The notes: generated by a model from the letters alone, not told the origin. A stretch of 64,000 nt of DNA from Escherichia coli (GCF_011045215.1 NZ_CP049201.1); one strand, 5' to 3'. Shown: positions 27,042 to 39,387, counted from the first letter of the stretch. A program made the numbers and translations.

Positions 27042-27740
27042 ATGCAGGATATTCCACAGGAAACACATCATGAGACGACACGCCTCACTCAGTCAGCCCA
27101 GGTGGTGCTCTGGGAAATCGATCTGACAGAGGTCGGTGGTGAACGTTATTTTTTCTGTAATGAGCAGAACGAAAAAGGTGAGCCGGTTACCTGGCAGGGG
27201 CGGCAGTATCAGGCATACCCCATTCAGGGGACGGGATTTGAACTGAACGGCAAGGGCAGTGCTGCCCGTCCGACACTGACGGTTTCTAACCTGCACGGCA
27301 TGGTCACGGGGATGGCGGAAGACCTGCAGAGTCTGGTCGGCGGAACGGTGGTCAGGCGTAAGGTTTACGCCCGTTTTCTGGATGCGGTGAACTTCGTCAA
27401 CGGAAACAGCGACGCCGATCCGGAGCAGGAGGTGATCAGCCGCTGGCGCATAGAGCAGTGCAGCGAACTGAGTGCGGTCAGTGCCTCCTTTGTGTTGTCC
27501 ACACCGACGGAAACGGATGGTGCCGTTTTTCCGGGGCGCATCATGCTGGCTAATACCTGCACCTGGACCTATCGCGGCGATGAGTGCGGTTATCACGGTC
27601 CGGCGGTCGCGGATGAATATGACCAGCCAACGTCCGATATCACGAAGGATAAATGCAGCAAATGCCTGAGCGGCTGTAAGTTTCGCAATAACGTCGGCAA
27701 CTTTGGCGGCTTCCTTTCCATTAACAAACTTTCGCAGTAA
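27042..27740 (+). CDS. Minor tail protein (lambda L-like), 232 aa
   Basis: Length matches lambda L; C-terminal Cys cluster (CTWTYRGDECGY...CSKCLSGC). Confidence 0.8.
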   Translation: MQDIPQETHHETTRLTQSAQVVLWEIDLTEVGGERYFFCNEQNEKGEPVTWQGRQYQAYPIQGTGFELNGKGSAARPTLTVSNLHGMVTGMAEDLQSLVGGTVVRRKVYARFLDAVNFVNGNSDADPEQEVISRWRIEQCSELSAVSASFVLSTPTETDGAVFPGRIMLANTCTWTYRGDECGYHGPAVADEYDQPTSDITKDKCSKCLSGCKFRNNVGNFGGFLSINKLSQ

Positions 27741-27745
27741 ATCCC

Positions 27746-28489
27746 ATGACAGAGACAGAATCAGCGATTCTGGCGCACGCCCGGCGATGTGCGCCAGCGG
27801 AGTCGTGCGGCTTCGTGGTGAGAACGCCGGAAGGGGAAAGATATTTTCCCTGCGTGAATATCTCCGGTGAGCCGGAGGAGTATTTCCGGATGTCGCCGGA
27901 GGACTGGCTGCGGGCAGAGATGCAGGGTGAGATTGTGGCGCTGGTCCACAGCCACCCCGGTGGTCTGCCCTGGCTGAGTGAGGCTGACCGGCGGCTGCAG
28001 GTGCAGAGTGATTTGCCGTGGTGGCTGGTCTGCCGGGGTGAGATTCATAAATTCCGCTGTGTGCCGCATCTCACCGGGCGGCGCTTTGAGCACGGGGTGA
28101 CGGACTGTTACACGCTGTTCCGGGATGCTTATCATCTGGCGGGGATTGAGATGCCGGATTTTCATCGTGAGGATGACTGGTGGCGTCACGGTCAGAATCT
28201 CTATCTGGATAATCTGGAGGCAACGGGGCTATATCAGGTGCCGTTGTCAGCGGCGCAGCCGGGCGATGTGCTGCTGTGCTGTTTTGGTTCATCGGTGCCG
28301 AATCATGCCGCTATTTACTGCGGCGACGGCGAGCTGCTGCACCATATTCCTGAACAACTGAGCAAACGAGAGAGGTATACCGACAAATGGCAGCGACGCA
28401 CACACTCCCTCTGGCATCACCGGGCATGGCACGCATCTGCCTTTACGGGGATTTGCAACGATTTGGCCGCCGCATCGACCTTCGTGTGA
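27746..28489 (+). CDS. Tail assembly protein (lambda K-like; MPN/JAB plus NlpC/P60-like)
   Basis: HSHP metal-binding-like motif (ALVHSHPGG) and downstream Cys/His region; 3' end overlaps the gpI ORF by ~100 nt. Confidence 0.7.
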   Translation: MTETESAILAHARRCAPAESCGFVVRTPEGERYFPCVNISGEPEEYFRMSPEDWLRAEMQGEIVALVHSHPGGLPWLSEADRRLQVQSDLPWWLVCRGEIHKFRCVPHLTGRRFEHGVTDCYTLFRDAYHLAGIEMPDFHREDDWWRHGQNLYLDNLEATGLYQVPLSAAQPGDVLLCCFGSSVPNHAAIYCGDGELLHHIPEQLSKRERYTDKWQRRTHSLWHHRAWHASAFTGICNDLAAASTFV

Positions 28490-29034
28490 AAACGGGGGCC
28501 GAAGCCATCCGGGCGCTGGCCACACAGCTCCCGGTGTTTCGTCAGAAACTGAATGAGGGCTGGTATCAGGTGCGCATTGCCGGGCGTGATGCAGGCGAAA
28601 ATGAATTATCTGCCCGTCTTAATGAGCCGCTGGCAAATGGTGCCGTGATCCACATCGTGCCGCGTCTGGCGGGAGCTAAAAGTGGCGGTGTGTTTCAGGT
28701 GGTGCTTGGGGCGGCGCTGATTGCGGTGGCATGGTGGAATCCTGTGGGTTGGCTGGGTGCCGCGGCTGTATCGGGCATGTATGCGGCAGGGGCCAGTATG
28801 ATCCTGGGCGGAGTGGCGCAGATGCTGGCACCGAAAGCCAGGACGCCCACGGCAGCCAGTACAGATAACGGCAAACAGAACACGTATTTCTCCTCACTGG
28901 ATAACATGGTTGCCCAGGGCAATGTTCTGCCTGTTCTGTACGGTGAAATGCGCGTGGGGTCACGTGTGGTTTCTCAGGAGATCAGCACGGCAGACGAAGG
29001 GGATGGTGGTCAGGTTGTGGTGATTGGTCGCTGA
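28387..29034 (+). CDS. Tail assembly protein (lambda I-like)
   Basis: MAATHTLPLASPGMARICLYGDLQRFGRR and C-terminal NGKQNTYFSSLDNMVAQGNVLPVLYGEMRVGSRVVSQEIS match recalled lambda I; true start may be internal. Confidence 0.65.
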   Translation: MAATHTLPLASPGMARICLYGDLQRFGRRIDLRVKTGAEAIRALATQLPVFRQKLNEGWYQVRIAGRDAGENELSARLNEPLANGAVIHIVPRLAGAKSGGVFQVVLGAALIAVAWWNPVGWLGAAAVSGMYAAGASMILGGVAQMLAPKARTPTAASTDNGKQNTYFSSLDNMVAQGNVLPVLYGEMRVGSRVVSQEISTADEGDGGQVVVIGR

Positions 29035-29094
29035 TGCAAAACATTTTATGTGAAACCGCCTGCGGGCGGTTTTGTCATTTATGGAGCGTGAGGA

Positions 29095-32000
29095 ATGGGT
29101 AAAGGCAGCAGTAAGGGGCATACCCCGCGCGAAGCGAAGGACAACCTGAAGTCCACGCAGCTGCTGAGTGTGATCGATGCCATCAGCGAAGGGCCGGTTG
29201 AAGGTCCGGTGGATGGATTAAAAAGCGTGCTGCTGAACAGTACGCCGGTGCTGGACACTGAGGGGAATACCAACATCTCCGGTGTCACGGTGGTGTTCCG
29301 TGCCGGTGAGCAGGAGCAGACACCGCCGGAGGGGTTTGAATCCTCCGGCTCCGAGACGGTGCTGGGTACGGAAGTGAAATATGACACGCCGATCACCCGC
29401 ACCATTACGTCTGCAAACATCGACCGTCTGCGCTTTACCTTCGGCGTGCAGGCACTGGTGGAAACCACCTCAAAGGGGGACCGGAATCCGTCGGAAGTCC
29501 GCCTGCTGGTTCAGATCCAGCGTAATGGTGGCTGGGTGACGGAAAAAGACATCACCATTAAGGGCAAAACCACCTCGCAGTATCTGGCCTCGGTGGTGGT
29601 GGGTAACCTGCCGCCGCGCCCGTTCAATATACGGATGCGCAGGATGACGCCGGACAGCACCACAGACCAGCTGCAGAACAAAACGCTCTGGTCGTCATAC
29701 ACCGAAATCATCGATGTGAAACAGTGCTACCCGAACACGGCACTGGTCGGCGTGCAGGTGGATTCGGAGCAGTTCGGCAGCCAGCAGGTGAGCCGTAATT
29801 ATCATCTGCGCGGGCGCATTCTGCAGGTGCCGTCGAACTATAACCCGCAGACGCGGCAATACAGCGGTATCTGGGACGGAACGTTTAAGCCAGCATACAG
29901 CAACAACATGGCCTGGTGTCTGTGGGATATGCTGACCCATCCGCGCTACGGCATGGGGAAACGTCTTGGTGCGGCGGATGTGGACAAATGGGCGCTGTAT
30001 GTCATCGGCCAGCATTGCGATCAGTCGGTGCCGGACGGTTTTGGCGGCACGGAGCCGCGCATCACCTGTAATGCGTACCTGACCACACAGCGCAAGGCGT
30101 GGGATGTGCTCAGTGATTTCTGCTCTGCGATGCGCTGTATGCCGGTATGGAACGGGCAGACGCTGACGTTCGTGCAGGACCGACCGTCGGATAAGGTGTG
30201 GACCTATAACCGCAGTAATGTGGTGATGCCGGATGATGGTGCGCCGTTCCGCTACAGCTTCAGCGCCCTGAAGGACCGCCATAATGCCGTTGAGGTGAAC
30301 TGGATTGACCCGAATAACGGCTGGGAGACGGCGACAGAGCTTGTGGAGGACACGCAGGCCATTGCCCGTTACGGTCGTAACGTCACGAAGATGGATGCTT
30401 TTGGCTGTACCAGCCGGGGGCAGGCACACCGCGCCGGGCTGTGGCTGATTAAAACAGAACTGCTGGAAACGCAGACCGTGGACTTCAGCGTGGGTGCCGA
30501 AGGGCTTCGCCATGTACCGGGCGATGTCATTGAAATCTGCGATGATGACTATGCCGGTATCCGCACCGGCGGGCGCGTGCTGGCGGTAAACAGCCAGACC
30601 CGGACGCTGACGCTCGACCGTGAAATCACGCTGCCATCTTCCGGCACCACGCTGATAAGCCTGGTTGACGGGCAGGGGAGTCCGGTCAGCGTGGAGGTTC
30701 AGTCCGTCACCGACGGCGTGAAGGTGAAAGTGAGCCGTGTTCCTGACGGCGTTGCTGAATACAGCGTATGGGGGCTGAAGCTGCCGACGTTGCGCCAGCG
30801 CCTGTTCCGCTGCGTGAGTATCCGTGAGAACGACGACGGCACGTATGCCATCACCGCCGTGCAGCATGTACCGGAAAAAGAGGCCATCGTGGATAACGGG
30901 GCGCACTTTGACGGCGACCAGAGCGGCACGGTAAATGGTGTCACGCCGCCAGCGGTGCAGCACCTGACCGCAGAAGTCACCGCAGACAGCGGGGAATACC
31001 AGGTGCTGGCGCGCTGGGACACGCCGAAGGTGGTGAAGGGCGTGAGCTTCCTGCTTCGCCTGACCGTGGCAGCGGATGACGGCCGTGAGCGGCTGGTCAG
31101 CACGGCCCGGACGACGGAAACCACTTACCGCTTCACACAACTGGCTCTGGGGAACTACAGGCTGACAGTCCGGGCAGTAAATGCGTGGGGGCAGCAGGGC
31201 GATCCGGCGTCGGTATCGTTCCGGATTGCCGCACCGGCAGCGCCGTCGCGGATTGAGCTGACGCCGGGCTATTTTCAGATAACCGCCACGCCGCATCTTG
31301 CGGTTTATGACCCGACGGTACAGTTTGAGTTCTGGTTCTCGGAAAAACGGATTGCGGATATCAGGCAGGTTGAAACCAGCGCGCGTTATCTTGGTACGGC
31401 ACTGTACTGGATAGCCGCCAGTATCAATATCAAACCGGGCCATGATTATTATTTTTACGTTCGCAGTGTGAACACCGTTGGCAAATCGGCATTCGTGGAG
31501 GCTGTCGGTCAGCCGAGTGATGATGCATCAGGCTATCTGGATTTTTTCAAAGGCGAGATAGGGAAAACCCATCTGGCTCAGGAGCTGTGGACGCAGATTG
31601 ATAACGGTCAGCTTGCGCCTGACCTGACTGAAATCAGGACGTCCATAACGGATGTCAGCAATGAAATAACACAGACCGTCAATAAGAAACTGGAAGACCA
31701 GAGTGCAGCGATCCAGCAGATACAGAAGGTTCAGGTTGATACAAATAATAACCTGAACAGCATGTGGGCAGTGAAGCTGCAGCAGATGCAGGACGGACGC
31801 CTTTATATTGCGGGTATCGGTGCCGGTATTGAGAACACCCCTGACGGCATGCAGAGTCAGGTGCTGCTGGCAGCAGACAGGATTGCGATGATTAATCCTG
31901 CGAATGGCAACACAAAGCCGATGTTTGTTGGTCAGGGCGATCAGATATTCATGAATGAAGTGTTCCTGAAACGCCTGACGGCCCCCACCATTACCAGCGG

Positions 32001-32592
32001 CGGTAATCCTCCGGCATTTTCCCTGACATCAGACGGGAGACTGACGGCGAAAAATGCGGATATCAGTGGCAGTGTGAATGCGAACTCAGGAACGCTCAAC
32101 AATGTCACGATTAACCAGAACTGTACGATTAAGGGCATGCTGGAGGCGACCCAGGTCAGAGGAGATTTCGTTAAAGCTGTATCAAAAGCCTTCCCGAAAA
32201 AAGTCGGTACGTGGGGTAACACGGAAACACCAAACGGTACGGTTACAGTCACCATCAGCGATGATCATAACTTTGACCGCCAGATTATTATTCCGCCCAT
32301 TATTTTTAACGGTATAGCGTATGACGATCCGGGGAGCGGAAATAACCCAGGAGGCACGCGATACACGGGTTATGGTTTTGAAGTTCGCAAAAACGGCGTA
32401 TTAATCGCATCCAGAGAAACTAAAGGGGCCATTCCCGGTAGTTACAGTGCAGTTATTGATATGCCGAGTGGCAGGGGAAGCGTCACTCTGGAGTTTAAGA
32501 TTTTCCAGAAAGGCAATCAGGGGGCAGGCAATATCACCGACTGTACGGTGATTGTGACCAAAAAAGCCGCTTCCGGCATCAGTATTCGTTGA
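29095..32592 (+). CDS. Tail tip/host specificity protein (lambda J-like), 1165 aa
   Basis: Size, position, fibronectin-like repeats; GGAATGGG RBS context. Confidence 0.9.
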   Translation: MGKGSSKGHTPREAKDNLKSTQLLSVIDAISEGPVEGPVDGLKSVLLNSTPVLDTEGNTNISGVTVVFRAGEQEQTPPEGFESSGSETVLGTEVKYDTPITRTITSANIDRLRFTFGVQALVETTSKGDRNPSEVRLLVQIQRNGGWVTEKDITIKGKTTSQYLASVVVGNLPPRPFNIRMRRMTPDSTTDQLQNKTLWSSYTEIIDVKQCYPNTALVGVQVDSEQFGSQQVSRNYHLRGRILQVPSNYNPQTRQYSGIWDGTFKPAYSNNMAWCLWDMLTHPRYGMGKRLGAADVDKWALYVIGQHCDQSVPDGFGGTEPRITCNAYLTTQRKAWDVLSDFCSAMRCMPVWNGQTLTFVQDRPSDKVWTYNRSNVVMPDDGAPFRYSFSALKDRHNAVEVNWIDPNNGWETATELVEDTQAIARYGRNVTKMDAFGCTSRGQAHRAGLWLIKTELLETQTVDFSVGAEGLRHVPGDVIEICDDDYAGIRTGGRVLAVNSQTRTLTLDREITLPSSGTTLISLVDGQGSPVSVEVQSVTDGVKVKVSRVPDGVAEYSVWGLKLPTLRQRLFRCVSIRENDDGTYAITAVQHVPEKEAIVDNGAHFDGDQSGTVNGVTPPAVQHLTAEVTADSGEYQVLARWDTPKVVKGVSFLLRLTVAADDGRERLVSTARTTETTYRFTQLALGNYRLTVRAVNAWGQQGDPASVSFRIAAPAAPSRIELTPGYFQITATPHLAVYDPTVQFEFWFSEKRIADIRQVETSARYLGTALYWIAASINIKPGHDYYFYVRSVNTVGKSAFVEAVGQPSDDASGYLDFFKGEIGKTHLAQELWTQIDNGQLAPDLTEIRTSITDVSNEITQTVNKKLEDQSAAIQQIQKVQVDTNNNLNSMWAVKLQQMQDGRLYIAGIGAGIENTPDGMQSQVLLAADRIAMINPANGNTKPMFVGQGDQIFMNEVFLKRLTAPTITSGGNPPAFSLTSDGRLTAKNADISGSVNANSGTLNNVTINQNCTIKGMLEATQVRGDFVKAVSKAFPKKVGTWGNTETPNGTVTVTISDDHNFDRQIIIPPIIFNGIAYDDPGSGNNPGGTRYTGYGFEVRKNGVLIASRETKGAIPGSYSAVIDMPSGRGSVTLEFKIFQKGNQGAGNITDCTVIVTKKAASGISIR

Positions 32593-32614
32593 AATATTTA
32601 TAACCCCAATAAAG

Positions 32615-32639
32615 GGCGTCAGGAATGACGCCTTTTTTA
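32615..32639 (+). terminator. Rho-independent terminator after J
   Basis: ggcgtcagg-aat-gacgcc followed by ttttttatt. Confidence 0.6.
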
Positions 32640-32662
32640 TTGCAGAAAAGCGAGAGGTAATT

Positions 32663-33262
32663 ATGCGTAAAGTTTGTGCAGCAATTTTGTCCGCAGCCAT
32701 TTGTCTGGCCGTATCCGGTGCGCCTGCATGGGCGTCTGAACATCAGTCCACGCTGAGCGCGGGGTATCTTCATGCCTCGACGAACGTCCCCGGCAGTGAT
32801 GATCTGAACGGGATTAACGTGAAATACCGTTATGAGTTTACGGACACACTGGGGCTGGTGACGTCATTCAGCTATGCAGGAGACAAGAATCGCCAGCTGA
32901 CCCGTTACAGCGATACCCGCTGGCATGAAGATTCCGTTCGTAACCGCTGGTTCAGCGTAATGGCGGGGCCGTCTGTGCGCGTAAATGAATGGTTCAGCGC
33001 GTATGCGATGGCGGGTATGGCTTACAGCCGTGTGTCGACTTTCTCCGGGGATTATCTCCGCGTAACTGACAACAAGGGGAAAACGCACGACGTGCTGACC
33101 GGAAGTGATGACGGTCGCCACAGCAACACGTCTCTGGCGTGGGGAGCTGGCGTGCAGTTTAACCCGACCGAATCCGTGGCCATTGATATTGCTTATGAAG
33201 GCTCCGGCAGTGGCGACTGGCGCACTGACGGTTTCATCGTGGGTGTCGGTTATAAGTTCTGA
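32663..33262 (+). CDS. lom: Lom/Ail-family outer membrane beta-barrel protein
   Basis: Signal peptide (AICLAVSGAPAWA), beta-barrel-like alternating pattern, C-terminal F; position after J as lambda lom. Confidence 0.85.
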   Translation: MRKVCAAILSAAICLAVSGAPAWASEHQSTLSAGYLHASTNVPGSDDLNGINVKYRYEFTDTLGLVTSFSYAGDKNRQLTRYSDTRWHEDSVRNRWFSVMAGPSVRVNEWFSAYAMAGMAYSRVSTFSGDYLRVTDNKGKTHDVLTGSDDGRHSNTSLAWGAGVQFNPTESVAIDIAYEGSGSGDWRTDGFIVGVGYKF

Positions 33263-33288
33263 TTAGCCAGGTAACACAGTGTTATGAC

Positions 33289-33317
33289 AGCCCGCCTGTT
33301 CAGGCGGGCTTTTTTGT
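33289..33317 (+). terminator. Rho-independent terminator after lom
   Basis: agcccgcctg-tt-caggcgggct followed by tttttt. Confidence 0.65.
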
Positions 33318-33326
33318 GGGGTGAAT

Positions 33327-36300
33327 ATGGCAGTAAAGATTTCAGGTGTACTGAAAGACGGCACAGGAAAACCGGTACAGAACTGCACAATCCAGCTGAA
33401 AGCAAAACGTAACAGCACCGCGGTGGTGGTGAACACGCTGGCCTCAGAAAATCCGGATGAAGCCGGGCGTTACAGCATGGACGTTGAGTACGGTCAGTAC
33501 AGCGTTATTCTGTTGGTGGAAGGATTCCCGCCGTCACATGCCGGGACCATCACCGTGTATGAAGATTCCCGACCCGGTACGCTGAATGATTTTCTCGGTG
33601 CCATGACGGAGGATGATGCCCGTCCGGAGGCTCTGCGCCGTTTTGAACTGATGGTGGAAGAGGTGGCGCGTAACGCGTCCGCGGTGGCACAGAACACGGC
33701 AGCCGCGAAGAAGTCAGCCGGCGATGCCGGCACATCTGCCCGTGAGGCGGCAACCCATGCGACTGATGCTGCAGGCTCAGCACGCGCAGCCAGCACGTCA
33801 GCCGGACAGGCCGCTTCGTCGGCTCAGTCAGCGTCTTCCAGCGCAGGAACGGCATCAACAAAGGCCACTGAAGCATCAAAAAGTGCTGCCGCTGCAGAGT
33901 CCTCAAAAAGCGCGGCAGCTACCAGTGCCAGTGCCGCGAAAACGTCAGAAACGAATGCTGCAGCGTCACAACAATCAGCAGCCACTTCTGCATCCACCGC
34001 GACCACGAAAGCGTCAGAAGCTGCCACCTCAGCCCGGGATGCGTCGGCTTCAAAAGAGGCGGCAAAATCATCAGAAACGAACGCATCCTCGAGCGCCAGT
34101 AGCGCATCTTCCTCGGCAACAGCGGCAGGAAATTCCGCGAAGGCGGCAAAAACGTCAGAGACGAACGCCAGGTCTTCTGAAACGGCAGCGGGACAGAGCG
34201 CCTCGGCTGCGGCAGGCTCAAAAACAGCGGCTGCGTCGTCTGCCAGTGCAGCGTCAACAAGTGCCGGGCAGGCCTCAGCCAGTGCCACCGCCGCCGGAAA
34301 ATCGGCAGAAAGCGCCGCATCGTCTGCTTCAACAGCCACAACGAAGGCTGGCGAAGCCACTGAACAGGCCAGCGCAGCAGCGAGGTCTGCTTCCGCAGCG
34401 AAGACATCCGAAACGAACGCGAAAGCGTCGGAAACCAGCGCAGAATCCTCAAAAACGGCTGCCGCATCGTCAGCCAGTTCGGCGGCGTCATCGGCATCAT
34501 CGGCGTCTGCTTCAAAAGATGAGGCGACCAGACAAGCGTCAGCAGCGAAGAGCAGCGCCACGACGGCATCCACGAAGGCGACAGAGGCTGCTGGCAGTGC
34601 GACGGCGGCAGCTCAGAGCAAAAGTACGGCGGAATCCGCGGCAACGCGCGCCGAGACAGCAGCTAAACGGGCAGAGGATATTGCATCCGCCGTGGCGCTT
34701 GAGGATGCAAGTACGACGAAAAAGGGGATAGTACAGCTCAGCAGTGCGACCAACAGTACGTCTGAAACGCTGGCGGCAACGCCAAAGGCAGTAAAATCAG
34801 CCTATGACAATGCAGAGAAACGTCTGCAGAAAGACCAGAACGGCGCTGATATACCCGATAAGGGATGCTTCCTGAACAACATTAACGCGGTCAGTAAAAC
34901 AGACTTTGCTGATAAGCGTGGTATGCGTTATGTGCGGGTTAACGCTCCTGCAGGTGCAACATCTGGAAAATATTACCCTGTTGTTGTTATGCGTTCTGCT
35001 GGCTCAGTAAGCGAACTGGCATCAAGAGTCATTATCACCACGGCAACGCGAACCGCAGGCGATCCGATGAATAACTGCGAGTTTAACGGATTTGTTATGC
35101 CTGGTGGCTGGACTGACAGGGGGCGTTATGCTTATGGCATGTTCTGGCAATATCAAAACAATGAACGAGCCATTCACTCAATAATGATGAGTAATAAGGG
35201 CGATGATTTGCGCTCTGTGTTCTATGTTGATGGCGCTGCTTTCCCTGTTTTTGCGTTTATTGAAGATGGCCTGTCAATATCCGCACCTGGTGCTGATCTC
35301 GTTGTTAATGATACGACCTATAAGTTTGGGGCAACAAATCCGGCGACTGAATGTATCGCGGCGGACGTTATCCTTGATTTTAAGAGTGGGCGTGGTTTTT
35401 ATGAGTCTCATTCGTTAATCGTTAACGATAACTTGTCGTGCAAAAAACTTTTTGCCACAGACGAAATTGTAGCGCGTGGTGGTAATCAGATTCGAATGAT
35501 AGGTGGGGAGTATGGGGCATTATGGCGTAATGATGGCGCTAAAACTTACCTGCTGCTTACCAATCAAGGTGATGTTTATGGTGGCTGGAATACATTAAGA
35601 CCGTTTGCTATTGATAACGCAACCGGCGAACTGGTTATTGGAACCAAACTGTCCGCAAGTCTGAACGGTAATGCATTAACAGCAACAAAGCTGCAAACGC
35701 CAAGACGGGTTTCTGGTGTTGAGTTTGATGGTTCCAAAGATATTACTTTAACCGCCGCGCATGTGGCTGCTTTTGCCAGAAGGGCAACGGATACATATGC
35801 CGATGCGGATGGTGGCGTTCCCTGGAATGCCGAATCAGGCGCTTATAATGTCACCCGCTCTGGCGACAGCTATATTCTGGTTAACTTCTATACCGGAGTC
35901 GGAAGTTGCCGGACCCTGCAGATGAAGGCGCATTACAGAAATGGTGGTCTGTTCTACCGTTCTTCAAGAGACGGTTATGGTTTTGAGGAAGACTGGGCAG
36001 AAGTTTATACCTCGAAAAATCTTCCACCAGAAAGCTACCCAGTCGGCGCACCAATCCCGTGGCCATCAGATACCGTTCCGTCTGGTTATGCCCAGATGCA
36101 GGGGCAGACTTTTGACAAATCTGCCTACCCGAAACTTGCAGCCGCTTATCCGTCAGGCGTGATCCCTGATATGCGTGGCTGGACGATTAAGGGCAAGCCC
36201 GCCAGTGGTCGTGCCGTATTGTCTCAGGAACAGGACGGCATTAAATCGCATACCCACAGCGCCAGCGCATCCAGTACGGATTTGGGTACGAAAACCACAT

Positions 36301-36728
36301 CGTCGTTTGATTACGGAACCAAATCCACGAATAACACCGGGGCGCATACCCATAGTATTAGCGGGACTGCAAATAGTGCCGGTGCGCACCAACACAAGAG
36401 TTCCGGTGCATTTGGTGGCACGAACACGAGCATTTTTCCTAATGGTTATACTGCGATTTCAAATCCAAGCGCGGGGATTATGAGCACAACAAGCGGTACT
36501 GGCCAGACTCGTAATGCAGGGAAGACATCATCAGATGGTGCTCATACCCACTCACTGTCCGGCACTGCTGCAAGCGCAGGTGCACACGCACATACTGTCG
36601 GTATTGGTGCTCATACGCACTCCGTTGCGATTGGTTCACATGGACACACCATCACCGTTAACGCTGCTGGTAACGCGGAAAACACCGTCAAAAACATCGC
36701 ATTTAACTATATTGTGAGGCTTGCATAA
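33327..36728 (+). CDS. stf: Side tail fibre (lambda Stf-like), ~1134 aa with long Ala/Ser/Thr-rich repeat region and His-rich C-terminal repeats
   Basis: N-terminus [26 protein letters not shown] and C-terminus [31 protein letters not shown] match recalled lambda Stf; repeats SAA.TSETNA and GAHTHS. Confidence 0.85.
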   Translation: MAVKISGVLKDGTGKPVQNCTIQLKAKRNSTAVVVNTLASENPDEAGRYSMDVEYGQYSVILLVEGFPPSHAGTITVYEDSRPGTLNDFLGAMTEDDARPEALRRFELMVEEVARNASAVAQNTAAAKKSAGDAGTSAREAATHATDAAGSARAASTSAGQAASSAQSASSSAGTASTKATEASKSAAAAESSKSAAATSASAAKTSETNAAASQQSAATSASTATTKASEAATSARDASASKEAAKSSETNASSSASSASSSATAAGNSAKAAKTSETNARSSETAAGQSASAAAGSKTAAASSASAASTSAGQASASATAAGKSAESAASSASTATTKAGEATEQASAAARSASAAKTSETNAKASETSAESSKTAAASSASSAASSASSASASKDEATRQASAAKSSATTASTKATEAAGSATAAAQSKSTAESAATRAETAAKRAEDIASAVALEDASTTKKGIVQLSSATNSTSETLAATPKAVKSAYDNAEKRLQKDQNGADIPDKGCFLNNINAVSKTDFADKRGMRYVRVNAPAGATSGKYYPVVVMRSAGSVSELASRVIITTATRTAGDPMNNCEFNGFVMPGGWTDRGRYAYGMFWQYQNNERAIHSIMMSNKGDDLRSVFYVDGAAFPVFAFIEDGLSISAPGADLVVNDTTYKFGATNPATECIAADVILDFKSGRGFYESHSLIVNDNLSCKKLFATDEIVARGGNQIRMIGGEYGALWRNDGAKTYLLLTNQGDVYGGWNTLRPFAIDNATGELVIGTKLSASLNGNALTATKLQTPRRVSGVEFDGSKDITLTAAHVAAFARRATDTYADADGGVPWNAESGAYNVTRSGDSYILVNFYTGVGSCRTLQMKAHYRNGGLFYRSSRDGYGFEEDWAEVYTSKNLPPESYPVGAPIPWPSDTVPSGYAQMQGQTFDKSAYPKLAAAYPSGVIPDMRGWTIKGKPASGRAVLSQEQDGIKSHTHSASASSTDLGTKTTSSFDYGTKSTNNTGAHTHSISGTANSAGAHQHKSSGAFGGTNTSIFPNGYTAISNPSAGIMSTTSGTGQTRNAGKTSSDGAHTHSLSGTAASAGAHAHTVGIGAHTHSVAIGSHGHTITVNAAGNAENTVKNIAFNYIVRLA

Positions 36729-37309
36729 TGGCATTCAGAATGAGTGAACAACCACGGACCATAAAAATTTATAATCTGCTGGCCGGAACTAATGAATTTA
36801 TTGGTGAAGGTGACGCATATATTCCACCTCATACAGGTCTGCCAGCAAACAGTACCGATATTGCACCGCCAGATATTCCGGCAGGCTTCGTGGCTGTTTT
36901 CAACAGTGATGAGGCATCGTGGCATCTTGTTGAAGACCATCGGGGTAAAACGGTTTATGACGTGGCTTCCGGCGACGCGTTATTTATTTCTGAACTCGGC
37001 TTATTACCGGAAAATGTCACCTGGTTATCCCCGGAAGGGGAGTTTCAGAAGTGGAACGGCACAGCCTGGGTGAAAGATGCAGAAGCAGAAAAACTGTTCC
37101 GGATCCGGGAGGCGGAAGAAACAAAAAACAACCTGATGCAGGTAGCCAGTGAGCATATTGCGCCACTTCAGGATGCTGTAGATCTGGAAATCGCAACGGA
37201 GGAAGAAAACTCGTTGCTGGAAGCCTGGAAGAAGTATCGGGTGTTGCTGAACCGTGTTGATACATCAACTGCACCTGATATTGAGTGGCCTGTAATACCA
37301 GAAGTTTAA
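36728..37309 (+). CDS. tfa: Tail fibre assembly protein (lambda Tfa-like)
   Basis: 193 aa; TAATG overlap with stf; followed by hairpin agcccgc...gcgggct at 37316..37345. Confidence 0.8.
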   Translation: MAFRMSEQPRTIKIYNLLAGTNEFIGEGDAYIPPHTGLPANSTDIAPPDIPAGFVAVFNSDEASWHLVEDHRGKTVYDVASGDALFISELGLLPENVTWLSPEGEFQKWNGTAWVKDAEAEKLFRIREAEETKNNLMQVASEHIAPLQDAVDLEIATEEENSLLEAWKKYRVLLNRVDTSTAPDIEWPVIPEV

Positions 37310-37428
37310 AATAAAAGCCCGCTTAAAATATCGCGGGCTTCGAAATATAAATGTATTTTCAGAGGCTAGAGCTTAGGATATCTCAGCGGCAATTAACTTA
37401 TGAGGGATAGCTAAATACCAGAAGATAA

Positions 37429-38319
37429 TTAGTTTTTACTATTTATCTTTGTTTGTGGTTCTCCTTCAGCAAGCTCAGCGCCAGTGACAGGATTGATGTC
37501 TTCATGGGATTTCAACCTTGTTGCCATAGCTTTTATCATAGCTTCTTGCTTGGTCGAAAGATTTATCGAGGCCTTCCCATCCCCACCGTCAACCGCTGGA
37601 ACTGGATCGGAAATATAGTCAAAGTTTTCATCACTGTTCCAACTACCTCTGACGTCTTCACCTTCTGACATGTTGTAATATACGTTTTTGTATTTCTCAA
37701 TTGGTGGTAATTTTCCTGGTGGAAAGGTGTTGCGAATTGAATGTAATGCTTTTTCAAATGAAAGCATGTGTGCTGCTTCCCTGGTCATTAAAAATGCCAG
37801 AGTGTCTTTTACTCCAGGATCATCAGTAACATTAATGAGACGTTCGTAAATGATCTTTGCCCGAGCTTCAGCTGCAATATTTGAACGAAGATCGGCCGTG
37901 ACTTCGCCAATAGTATCAACATAAGCTGCAGTCCAGGGTACTCCAGCTGAATTAGTTAATGCTGGGCCTCCTCCGTAGAGGAGAGAAGTTATATGGCTGT
38001 CATTGCCATTTTGAGTTAAGGAACGGTAAAGCTCAGCTTCATTCTCAGTTCCTTCAGCAAGTGCTCCTTTTGCACCTTTGTTGAGCATACCAACAAGAGA
38101 ACCAATAATTTCGAGATGACTTAGTTCTTCTGTTGCTATGTCCATCAGCATATCCCTTCGGCCTGCATCTTCATCACTTAAGCCTTGAGTGAAGTATCGG
38201 CATGCTGCTGCAAGCTCACCCTGTGGCCCGCCGAATTGTTCTAAAAGTAGATTAGCCAAGCCTGGGTTTGGCTCACTTACACGTACTGTATATTGAAGTT
38301 TTTTCACGTGTCTAAACAT
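37429..38319 (-). CDS. katN: Manganese catalase (KatN-like), 296 aa
   Basis: Mn-catalase ferritin-like features (EELSHLEI, TREAAHM); last gene of a yciGFE-katN-type operon. Confidence 0.8.
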   Translation of the reverse strand: MFRHVKKLQYTVRVSEPNPGLANLLLEQFGGPQGELAAACRYFTQGLSDEDAGRRDMLMDIATEELSHLEIIGSLVGMLNKGAKGALAEGTENEAELYRSLTQNGNDSHITSLLYGGGPALTNSAGVPWTAAYVDTIGEVTADLRSNIAAEARAKIIYERLINVTDDPGVKDTLAFLMTREAAHMLSFEKALHSIRNTFPPGKLPPIEKYKNVYYNMSEGEDVRGSWNSDENFDYISDPVPAVDGGDGKASINLSTKQEAMIKAMATRLKSHEDINPVTGAELAEGEPQTKINSKN

Positions 38320-38337
38320 AATGCCTCCTCAAAAGAA

Positions 38338-38844
38338 TTATTTTTTGGCTTCAACTCCATCAATTTCAGATCTGACCATGAATTGCTCAGTGGTGTCAGG
38401 AATATGGTTAAGAAGCCATTCAGCCATTTGTTTTTCTTCATTAAGAATTGCTTCAATAATGGGTACTGAAGCTGTATCACCCGCATTTTTGGCTGCTGCG
38501 AGAAGAGATGTGTAGCACGCAATTTCAAATTGTTCGAAAACATAGCCACTGATCGAACCTTTGACAATTTCATCAGATGGAAAAATTCCACCAATGGATT
38601 GCCCAAACGCGGCCATTTTACTCATAGAGTCTTTAATGACAGAGCGCGAAATATTATTACGATCAAGTATGCTTTCAAGCTGTGAAAGCTGGTTCTTTGT
38701 TTCGCTAATGTGCTGCTCAATTCTGGAACGTAACTCTGGATAGTTTTCTATCCGGCTGGCCATAGACTCAAGCATTTTTTCAGCTTGTTTCTCCATCGCA
38801 TGTGCATCACGAAGCCAGTCATGGTAATGTTCAATTCTATTCAT
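38338..38844 (-). CDS. yciE: YciE-like ferritin-like (DUF892) stress protein, 168 aa
   Basis: Length and organisation as recalled Salmonella yciGFE-katN operon. Confidence 0.75.
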   Translation of the reverse strand: MNRIEHYHDWLRDAHAMEKQAEKMLESMASRIENYPELRSRIEQHISETKNQLSQLESILDRNNISRSVIKDSMSKMAAFGQSIGGIFPSDEIVKGSISGYVFEQFEIACYTSLLAAAKNAGDTASVPIIEAILNEEKQMAEWLLNHIPDTTEQFMVRSEIDGVEAKK

Positions 38845-38880
38845 AATCTGTTTATCCTAAAAGAAATTGAAGTCTATAGT

Positions 38881-39387
38881 TCAGGAGTTATCCTGAGCTT
38901 TTTTATTAACGTTATTAAATGCCAGGTCTGTTAATTTGACATCAGTAGCTTTTTCCTCTTCCAGTGTTTCTTTCAGGAGTTTAGCCGCTTTTTTATATCC
39001 TAATTGCTCAGCGAGTGTTACCAAAGTGCCATAACTGGCAATTTCATAGTGCTCTACTTTTTGTGCTGCAGCAATCAATGCAGCATCACGTACTTCATTT
39101 TTATCAGTGCTTTCAATTACCTCATTCGCCTCTTCGATAAGTCCTTCCATTGCGGCACACTTAATTCTTTTCAATTTAAGACCATCTTCAGAATCAACAA
39201 TCTGATCGATGCGTTCAATTTGACCATGTGTCTCATCAAGATGTGACTGAAAAGCAGCGGTTAATTTATCACTATATGCAGAGCGACTAAGTTTAGACAG
39301 TGCCTTTGTTAGTTGTTTCTCAGCGCTGTATGTATCCGATAATAAGTGGATGAAGATATCTTCAACAGATTTAATTTGCATAATCAC
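38881..39387 (-). CDS. yciF: YciF-like ferritin-like (DUF892) stress protein, 168 aa
   Basis: Paralogue of the adjacent gene; same size. Confidence 0.75.
   Translation of the reverse strand: MIMQIKSVEDIFIHLLSDTYSAEKQLTKALSKLSRSAYSDKLTAAFQSHLDETHGQIERIDQIVDSEDGLKLKRIKCAAMEGLIEEANEVIESTDKNEVRDAALIAAAQKVEHYEIASYGTLVTLAEQLGYKKAAKLLKETLEEEKATDVKLTDLAFNNVNKKAQDNS

Noticed and set aside
29695-31443. 582-aa minus-strand ORF
   Set aside because: Fully antisense to the well-supported tail tip gene J; Arg/Pro/His-rich translation typical of the antisense frame of GC-rich coding DNA.
33724-34731. Long alternative-frame ORFs (335 aa plus-strand; 249 aa and 241 aa minus-strand) across the tail fibre repeat region
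   Set aside because: Artefacts of the repetitive GC-rich Ala/Ser-coding tract of stf; translations are low-complexity (Arg/Pro/Gln- or Ala/Asp-rich) and overlap a confidently identified gene.
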